A DNA stretch of 64,000 nt. Source: Candidatus Cloacimonadales bacterium (GTDB lineage: Bacteria; Cloacimonadota; Cloacimonadia; Cloacimonadales; JAFGVF01). Made by a program: the position numbers and the translations under genes. Below the pieces are notes generated by a model, which did not search any database, was not told where the DNA came from, and worked only from the letters and a program-made list of their open reading frames with translations. Location of the stretch: NCBI GenBank assembly GCA_963662585.1, contig OY759729.1, positions 320,001-384,000 of the forward strand, given 5' to 3'. Below, one piece after another: positions 51,932 to 59,129 of the stretch (position 1 is the stretch's first letter; every line of letters begins with the position of its first letter).

Positions 51932-54900
51932 TTCCCCCCATTCCTCAACTCTCTATAAGTTTCTTTTCCGATAGTAGCTTCAATTATAGCATAAAAATCT
52001 TTATTTTGGAAGAGTTTAGTAAAAGCATCAACTTGTTCCGTATAGCATTCTCGGGCGATCTCTTCAAAAAGCTTAGGAAAAATACTTTCTTGGAAGAGTT
52101 CTGCAGTATTTGCTTTAGCTTGTTTTTTTAGTCTCTTTAGTCTTTTATTATCAGCAGAGAGGATTTTATCAAACATAGTTTCCACAATAACCTTATCTCC
52201 CTCTGTGAAGATACCACCAAAACTTTGATTAACTTGTTCGATAATAGTTTCCAGTAGCTCTTTTTTTGCTTCTGGCTTAGCACCTGAAGCAACAGTTTTA
52301 GGGTTTTTGAGGAGAGAATCTACTGTATTTTCTGTTAAGGCAATCTGACCCTCAAAGGTCTTTTCTAGCTTGTAGAACTCTAACTTAATTTTATCATCTA
52401 ATTCCATTTTTTCAGATTTATTCTTGGGTAGCACTTTATTCAGGTATGATAAGAAGTTATACTCTTTTTGCAGGTTTTTATCAAACATTCTAGTAATTTG
52501 AATAATATAAGCATACCACTTAACAAAGTTTCTAACAGCTTTCTTAAATTGGAATTGTTTATCAGCATCTAAGTTATTAAAATTATGGATAATAGGCAAG
52601 AACATACTCGATATTTTACCTAAATCTGTTGCACTTTGTTTAGTATTTTTATAGAAAATATTATTGAAGTTATCAATATCTTGGTCATTAAACAGCTTCA
52701 TATTATGAATAAATATCTGAGTATCATAAATCAAGTTAACATTAATTTCTTCGTCTAAGCTAGTTTCTTCATAGTAGGGAGCAAAGGCATTTTTTATATC
52801 TTCTGCACTATTCACGAAATCCATAATAAAAGTATCAGATTTACCTTTTGTGATTCTATTAAGTCGGGAAAGTGTTTGTACAGCTTTCACGCCTGAGAGT
52901 TTCTTATCAACAAACATGGTATGTAATAGTGGCTCATCAAAACCAGTCTGATACTTTTCAGCGACGATTAAGACATGGTATTCATCACTATTGAAAGCTG
53001 AAGGTAATTGCTTTTCACTGATCTTCTCACCATTCAATTTTTTATTCAAGCCTACTTCGGTATATTCTTCATCCTTATCTTCAACGGAACCAGAAAAGGC
53101 AACCAATATTCCCAGATTCTCATATTTCTTTGCTTTAATATAATTTTTAAACTCTAGGAAATATCGAACAGCATGAAGTCTAGATGGAGTAACAACCATC
53201 GCTTTTCCTCTTCCTCCAATTTTCTTAGCTGTATTTTCTCGGAAAGTTTCAATAATAATTGCAGTTTTTTGTTGAAGATTATAGGAATGCAAAGATTCAT
53301 AGCGTTTGATAGCTTTGCGTGCTTCAGATTCTTCTAATTCAGGGTTGTCTGGAATAGATTTAGCTATTTTGTAGCAAACATCATAGGTCATGTAATTTTT
53401 CAAGACATCATGAATAAAGCCTTCCTCAATAGCCTGGCGCATGGAATAAACATGAAAAGGTTTAAAAGATCCATCTGCTTGTGCTTGACCGAAGAGTTCT
53501 AGAGTCTTTTCCTTAGGAGTAGCAGTAAAGGCAAAGAATGAAAGATTATTATGCTTACCATGGCTGATGAGTTCCTGAACGATTTTATCTTCAAAATCTT
53601 CTTTATTACTCTCATCAAGTTCTTCAATTTTGGCATATTCTGCTAAAGCTTGGTCTTTGTTAGCAAGTCCTGTTTTTAATTTCTGAGCAGAAGATCCAGT
53701 CTGGGAACTATGAGCTTCATCAACAATGATAGCAAAGCTTTTACCTACATTATCATCTAACTCTTCATAGATAACAGGGAATTTCTGTAAAGTTGTGATA
53801 ATTATCTTTTTCCCAGAGTTAATAGCATCTCTTAAGTCTTTGGAGCTTTTGTTTTCACCAATAGTCTCAACTAAGCCTGCTTTATGATCAAAAGACGAGA
53901 TAGTAGCTTGTAACTGGTCGTCTAAAACTCTTCTGTCAGTTACTACGATTACGGAAGTAAATATCTTCTTATCATCTTTATCGTGTAATCCTGCTAAACG
54001 ATAAGCCACCCAGGCGATTGAGTTAGATTTACCAGAGCCTGCACTATGCTGAATTAGGTAATTCTTGCCTGTTCCTGTCTCCTTAACATGAGATACAATC
54101 TTATTAACTACATCTAACTGGTGATAGCGAGGGAAGATTAGCTTTTGGGATTTAGAAGTTACCTCTTTTCCTTGTTTTATCTGCTTTTTTACTTCTACTT
54201 CTAAATGTATATATTTATGAATTATATTCAAGAGAGATTCTCTATTTAGAACTTTTTCCCACAGGTAAGAAGTAGCGTAGCCTTGTGGGTTCTCAGGATT
54301 ACCTGCCCCTCCTACATTTCCTGCTCCCTTAGAACCTTGGTTAAAGGGGAGGAAATAGGTGTCTTTACCCTGAAGCTTGGTCGTCATTTCAACCTCAAAG
54401 AGATCTACAGCAAAATAAACCAAGAATCTTCTATTAAGTTGAAAACAAGACTCTTTAGGATTTCTGTCATAAATATATTGAGATTTACCATTAGCAACAG
54501 TTTGTCCAGTAATCTGATTCTTAAGTTCTAAAGCAATTATAGGAATTCCATTCAAAGAAAGAACCATATCAATAGTATTCCTGTTCTGGACTGAATAAGC
54601 AAACTGTCTAATCACACTTAGATCATTCTTCGCATAATTATCCATAAGTTCAGGATTTAAAGATGATTCAGGTTTGAAATAGACTAACTTAAGATTTACT
54701 CCTCTATCACTAATCCCATTCCGCAATACATGAAGTAAACCATGAGTATTTACCTCTTCATCAAAGCGTTTATTAAGTTTTTTCTCTACCTCATTATCAT
54801 AATTCGCTTCATAGCGTTGCCATGCTTTAGCCTGAGTTGCTTTAATAAAAGTTATCAACTTAGGCAGATCTATGGCTCTGCTTTTATCATAATTTAACTG

Positions 54901-54984
54901 ATGACCTTTATTATAACCACCTTGACTAATTAGATAAGACTCTATATCTTCTTCAAACTTTTTCTCTTTATAATCAATAGACAT
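51928..54984 (-). CDS. hsdR: Type I restriction endonuclease subunit R
   Basis: DMVLSLNGIPIIALELKN nuclease motif, HSAGSGKS, DEAH, FTATP, TGFDEP, QTLSRLNR. Confidence 0.93.
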   Translation of the reverse strand: MSIDYKEKKFEEDIESYLISQGGYNKGHQLNYDKSRAIDLPKLITFIKATQAKAWQRYEANYDNEVEKKLNKRFDEEVNTHGLLHVLRNGISDRGVNLKLVYFKPESSLNPELMDNYAKNDLSVIRQFAYSVQNRNTIDMVLSLNGIPIIALELKNQITGQTVANGKSQYIYDRNPKESCFQLNRRFLVYFAVDLFEVEMTTKLQGKDTYFLPFNQGSKGAGNVGGAGNPENPQGYATSYLWEKVLNRESLLNIIHKYIHLEVEVKKQIKQGKEVTSKSQKLIFPRYHQLDVVNKIVSHVKETGTGKNYLIQHSAGSGKSNSIAWVAYRLAGLHDKDDKKIFTSVIVVTDRRVLDDQLQATISSFDHKAGLVETIGENKSSKDLRDAINSGKKIIITTLQKFPVIYEELDDNVGKSFAIIVDEAHSSQTGSSAQKLKTGLANKDQALAEYAKIEELDESNKEDFEDKIVQELISHGKHNNLSFFAFTATPKEKTLELFGQAQADGSFKPFHVYSMRQAIEEGFIHDVLKNYMTYDVCYKIAKSIPDNPELEESEARKAIKRYESLHSYNLQQKTAIIIETFRENTAKKIGGRGKAMVVTPSRLHAVRYFLEFKNYIKAKKYENLGILVAFSGSVEDKDEEYTEVGLNKKLNGEKISEKQLPSAFNSDEYHVLIVAEKYQTGFDEPLLHTMFVDKKLSGVKAVQTLSRLNRITKGKSDTFIMDFVNSAEDIKNAFAPYYEETSLDEEINVNLIYDTQIFIHNMKLFNDQDIDNFNNIFYKNTKQSATDLGKISSMFLPIIHNFNNLDADKQFQFKKAVRNFVKWYAYIIQITRMFDKNLQKEYNFLSYLNKVLPKNKSEKMELDDKIKLEFYKLEKTFEGQIALTENTVDSLLKNPKTVASGAKPEAKKELLETIIEQVNQSFGGIFTEGDKVIVETMFDKILSADNKRLKRLKKQAKANTAELFQESIFPKLFEEIARECYTEQVDAFTKLFQNKDFYAIIEATIGKETYRELRNGGK

Positions 54985-54987
54985 AAA

Positions 54988-56223
54988 TTATACCTCTCTT
55001 TTTCCGGTAACTACTTCGTAGATTAAGGACTTTTTGTAAGATTCTAATTCAGTGATCAATAAGTATTTTGTTTTTATGATGTTTGATACCATTAACAATT
55101 TATTATTTAAGTATCTAACTATTCTACATTGCATGTCATTCGGTGGTATACTCACAATTATTTGATTTAATTCATCTTGATTAATTTTTGGCATTTTTAC
55201 TCTATTATCGTTAATAGTTACTTGAGTTAAAAAAGCATGAGATAGCATATAATATTTTAGAAACTCTGTATTTATTGTTGTTTCTATAGGATACATGTCA
55301 GCACTACACAAGCCATCAAAAGGTGCAATAACAACTTTATTAAGTTTTGGTCTAACTTTAGAATAAATGATTTGTCCCTTATAAAACAGGTGATTACTAC
55401 TAACAACTCCAATTTCTTGTACTGTATCACAGTCCATTAAAATTCCAGTATTTTTCTCTATTTTATCTGGTGATAATTGTTTGTATGTGCTATAATTTTC
55501 TGGATTAACTAGATTAGACATAATAGTAGCAATTCTTTTGAAAGGTAATAATCTCGATCCCTCCGGTATCTCTCCAATCCATTCAATCCCAGAGTCTTTC
55601 ATCTTAACATTTTTATCAAGTCCTTTGGTAACAACCTCAGTAATTAGAGATTGTTTATAAGCCTTGTATTCTTCGATAGTTTCTTTAGTCTTCTCTATCA
55701 GATAATCAATTTGAGAAACTTTTTTATCGAGGTAGTTGGCGATGCGAGATTGTTCTTTTGTAGGTGGAATTGGTACCAGGTTATTATCAACTTGTCTTAC
55801 AGTTATTTGAGGGATGGCAGTTTGATCAAACTCAAACCAATGATCTTTTAGACCACAGCTACAATAAAATAAGAACTTATGATGTATTCCCTTAATCTTA
55901 CTATATATGGTAGTTTGGGTACTAGTGGCTAACTTATCTTTTACTATAGTAATAAAACCTATAGAGTTACCTCTAGCTGGTATAACAAAATCATTTTCAT
56001 TTAAGATGACAGAAGAATTTGTTACATATCCAAAAATTCTATTAGAGTTTGTAGCACTATAAACAGGTATTGCGTTTTCATAATGGTCTTCAGAAATGAG
56101 GTCTTCTTTTAAAATAGTTGCGCCCATACCACTTTGTGCAAAACGTTTATACTTTAGTAATCCCCACTCCTCTGGAATCTCTCCAATCCAATCAATCCCA
56201 CTATCTTTCATCTTCCTTGCCAT
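54988..56223 (-). CDS. hsdS: Type I restriction-modification specificity subunit
   Basis: Duplicated conserved regions MKDSGIDWIGEIP / MKDSGIEWIGEIP, IPP..EQ, KSLI.EVVTG flanking two TRDs. Confidence 0.92.
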   Translation of the reverse strand: MARKMKDSGIDWIGEIPEEWGLLKYKRFAQSGMGATILKEDLISEDHYENAIPVYSATNSNRIFGYVTNSSVILNENDFVIPARGNSIGFITIVKDKLATSTQTTIYSKIKGIHHKFLFYCSCGLKDHWFEFDQTAIPQITVRQVDNNLVPIPPTKEQSRIANYLDKKVSQIDYLIEKTKETIEEYKAYKQSLITEVVTKGLDKNVKMKDSGIEWIGEIPEGSRLLPFKRIATIMSNLVNPENYSTYKQLSPDKIEKNTGILMDCDTVQEIGVVSSNHLFYKGQIIYSKVRPKLNKVVIAPFDGLCSADMYPIETTINTEFLKYYMLSHAFLTQVTINDNRVKMPKINQDELNQIIVSIPPNDMQCRIVRYLNNKLLMVSNIIKTKYLLITELESYKKSLIYEVVTGKREV

Positions 56224-58019
56224 TATTGACCATCCTCATCAAAGAGGGTCTTGAGAGAAGCCATTAATTCTGTTTCGAGCGAAACAATACGAGAAGCAAT
56301 TTGGTCAGCAGCTTCCGGAGCTACATATTTATAGAAGTGACGAGTAAAGGGGATTTCATATCCGACTTTAGTTTTCTTAAAATCTACCCAAGCATGGGGA
56401 TTAAAGGGAAGGACTTCTTTAGCAAAGTATTCTTTGATTGTTTCTTTTTCTGTTTTTTCCTTAATCATAGGGACATTTTCCGTATCTCTCTTGCTGGTAT
56501 CAGCTTGAGGCTTTTTATTTTTGAGAATTATTTTACCTGACTCATCAAGCTGAGGAGATTCAACGACTATTTTATAGTAACCAAATTCTTCATTGGCAAA
56601 TATCTTTGATTCAAGTTTCGTACCATCAGCAAATTCTTGTAGTCCATTTTGAAAGGTACCATAGGCTTTGACTATTTCGTTACGGCATTCATCAACTATA
56701 TCTACGCGTTTGTTACCTATTGATTTACGGCGTTTTTGGTACATTTGGGAAGCATCAATAAGTTGGATTTTTCCAGCTCTGTGAGCAGGCTTGCTCTTAG
56801 AGATAATCCAAAGATAAGTGCTAATGCCAGTATTATAAAAAACATCATTAGGTAATTGGATAATAACTTCTAGCATATCTCTTTCTATAATGTAACGACG
56901 AATTTCAGAAGTACCTGAACCAGCGTCCCCAGTAAAAAGGGGAGAACCATTATGGATGATAGCCATTTTACCTGTTGATTTTAGTTTTTTGATTCCGTTA
57001 AGAGTAAAAAGCATTTGACCATCGGAGATTTTAGGTAATCCTGGAGCAAATCTGCCAATTTCACCTTTTTTATGCTCAGCTGTTACACTTTTTTGAGAAG
57101 ACTTCCAATCTCTTCCAAAGGGAGGATTAGAGATTATATAATCAAACTCATAGCCAGAGAATTGGTCATTAGCTAGGGTATCACCCAATTTCATATTATC
57201 AGCATTGCGTCCTTTAATCAGGGTATCAGCTTTGGCAATAGAATAAGTTTCATGATTTATCTCTTGTCCAAAAGAGGTTATTTCAGCATCAGCATCTAAT
57301 TCTTGCAATCTCTCTTCCATACATGTAAGCATCTGACTGGTTCCCATCGCCATATCATAAACAGTCTTTACCACACCCTCTTTGCTTAGTGTCTCTTGAT
57401 CTTCAGCCAAGAGCAAATCTGTCATAGTGTAGATAATATCACGACTTGTAAAGTGCTGTCCGGCATCCTCATCATAACTTTCAGAAAACTTTCTAATTAA
57501 CTCTTCAAAAACATAACCCATATCTACAGTAGTTATTTTATCAATTCCCAGATAGGATTCCGGCTTATTAAACTCTTGAATAACATAGAAGAGTTTATCT
57601 TCATCTTTAGTGGAACCAATTAAGCGCTTTAGATTGGACATAAAATCAAAGTTTTCCATAATATCCTGCACATTCTCGGAAAAGCCTGCTAAAAAGAGTT
57701 TGAAGTTTTCTTCGATATTATCAGAATCATTTAAAAGAGTTTCAAAAGTAAAAGGACTTGTATTATAGAAGCCATAACCTGAAGCTGTTTCCAAGAATCC
57801 TTTCTGAATTGACAAGTGTTTAATCTCTTTATATTTGGCTAATACTTGATCTTTAGTAGGTAAAAGTGTATCATTAAGTCTTTTTAAGAGGGTGAAAGGT
57901 AGGATTATTAAACCATATTGGTGAGGCTTAAAAGTACCCTGAATAATATCTGCTATATTCCAGATCATATTAGCTTTTTGTTGTATATTTATTGAAGTTT
58001 GCTTCTGCAATTCATTCAT
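56223..58019 (-). CDS. hsdM: Type I restriction-modification DNA methyltransferase subunit M
   Basis: GQHFTSRD, GQEIN, NPPF (N6-adenine motif IV), FYNTGISTY; ATG 58019 with RBS AGGAG. Confidence 0.93.
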   Translation of the reverse strand: MNELQKQTSINIQQKANMIWNIADIIQGTFKPHQYGLIILPFTLLKRLNDTLLPTKDQVLAKYKEIKHLSIQKGFLETASGYGFYNTSPFTFETLLNDSDNIEENFKLFLAGFSENVQDIMENFDFMSNLKRLIGSTKDEDKLFYVIQEFNKPESYLGIDKITTVDMGYVFEELIRKFSESYDEDAGQHFTSRDIIYTMTDLLLAEDQETLSKEGVVKTVYDMAMGTSQMLTCMEERLQELDADAEITSFGQEINHETYSIAKADTLIKGRNADNMKLGDTLANDQFSGYEFDYIISNPPFGRDWKSSQKSVTAEHKKGEIGRFAPGLPKISDGQMLFTLNGIKKLKSTGKMAIIHNGSPLFTGDAGSGTSEIRRYIIERDMLEVIIQLPNDVFYNTGISTYLWIISKSKPAHRAGKIQLIDASQMYQKRRKSIGNKRVDIVDECRNEIVKAYGTFQNGLQEFADGTKLESKIFANEEFGYYKIVVESPQLDESGKIILKNKKPQADTSKRDTENVPMIKEKTEKETIKEYFAKEVLPFNPHAWVDFKKTKVGYEIPFTRHFYKYVAPEAADQIASRIVSLETELMASLKTLFDEDGQ

Positions 58020-58270
58020 TTCTTGCTCCTTATAGTTCAACATTATCTTTAAAAGTGATAATATTTACTTCTATTTTATGATTTTGAGATATAATTTTAA
58101 TGATGCTTAATTCCATTTTTATTACTATATATCAATCTATTCTCTAAAATCTATAAGCTGATTTAATCAGTCAAGATAAATATGAAATTGTTTTATTTGT
58201 GGTGTATTTCCCTAAAATAGCATCATCCCTTATGTCTATTCCTTTTTTGTTGAGGCGTATTGCATAGGCA

Positions 58271-58821
58271 ATCTAAGAAAAACACTCCGTCTGCTTCCTA
58301 GCCACCCATTGTAGGGGGTTCGCACCTACGGAGCGATTTTTTTGGGGGTGTGGCCTTTATGCTACCAAGAAATAGCTCCTATGGAGCTAGAAATTAGCAC
58401 TCCAGCTTTCAGCACTAAAGAGGGGAGTTTAAGATTCACGGACTAAAGGTCCGTAACCCCAGTTAATCACTAAAGAGGGGAGTTAAAAGTGTGATAATCC
58501 CTCTTCTGCCGGATTGCATGCACCCTTGCATGCGAAAAACCTTATAAAAATCTAATGTTATCTTATTATCTAATATGGAAGCAGAGACGCTTCCACTCCA
58601 TAGAAGAAAACACACCCTGTCTGCTTCGCAAGTGAAGTATGACGGGAGTTGCTCACGGAGTAGCGACTTCCGACAACTTTCAACTACCACCACTCACCTT
58701 CGTGAATGGTGGTGATGGCTGGAATCCCGCGTTCCCAGTTAGGAAGAAAACACCCCCTGTGTCCCCCTCACGGAGGGGGATTTATAAACATCCTGTCGCA
58801 TGCAATCCGGCAGAAGAGGTC
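58271..58821 (+). repeat. Mosaic of REP-like palindromic modules (locus 4), right flank of the RM island
   Basis: 58408-58756 is a near-identical direct repeat of 50137-50493; ends with a 24-bp inverted copy of 49939-49962. Confidence 0.9.
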
Positions 58822-59129
58822 ACAAGTTCTTAGTTTTTAATCCATCTTCACTAGTCTTCCCTTGCTCCCCAACTGCCATATCCTATAAATTTCGAATACT
58901 TTTTGAGTTGATTGAGAAGGAGGAAGGGATATCTACCTAGAGACTGGCGAAAATCCTCTATTAAATGGTTAAAATTGACTTCACCAACTATTTCTGACAG
59001 GAAAAATGAAAATAAATGACTAGTCTATTTTTCTCTTGACACTAAAATGCAGAAATTCGCTTATAATATAAGAAATATTTATTTAAAATATTAATACTTA
59101 CTAACCATAAAAATTATAGTGGAGAATCT

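Noticed and set aside
57322..57360. Atypical HsdM SAM-binding motif YDMAMGTSQML as a sign of inactivation
   Set aside because: NPPF and the rest of the protein are intact and hsdR is intact, so a subfamily variant is more likely. Cannot be decided without an alignment.
59036..59067. TTGACA/TATAAT promoter upstream of the TPR gene (similar TTGAC hits before secG, the macroglobulin, der and tRNA-Asn)
   Set aside because: Spacing is non-canonical (20 nt here, 12 nt at secG) and the DNA is very AT-rich, so exact promoters cannot be supported.
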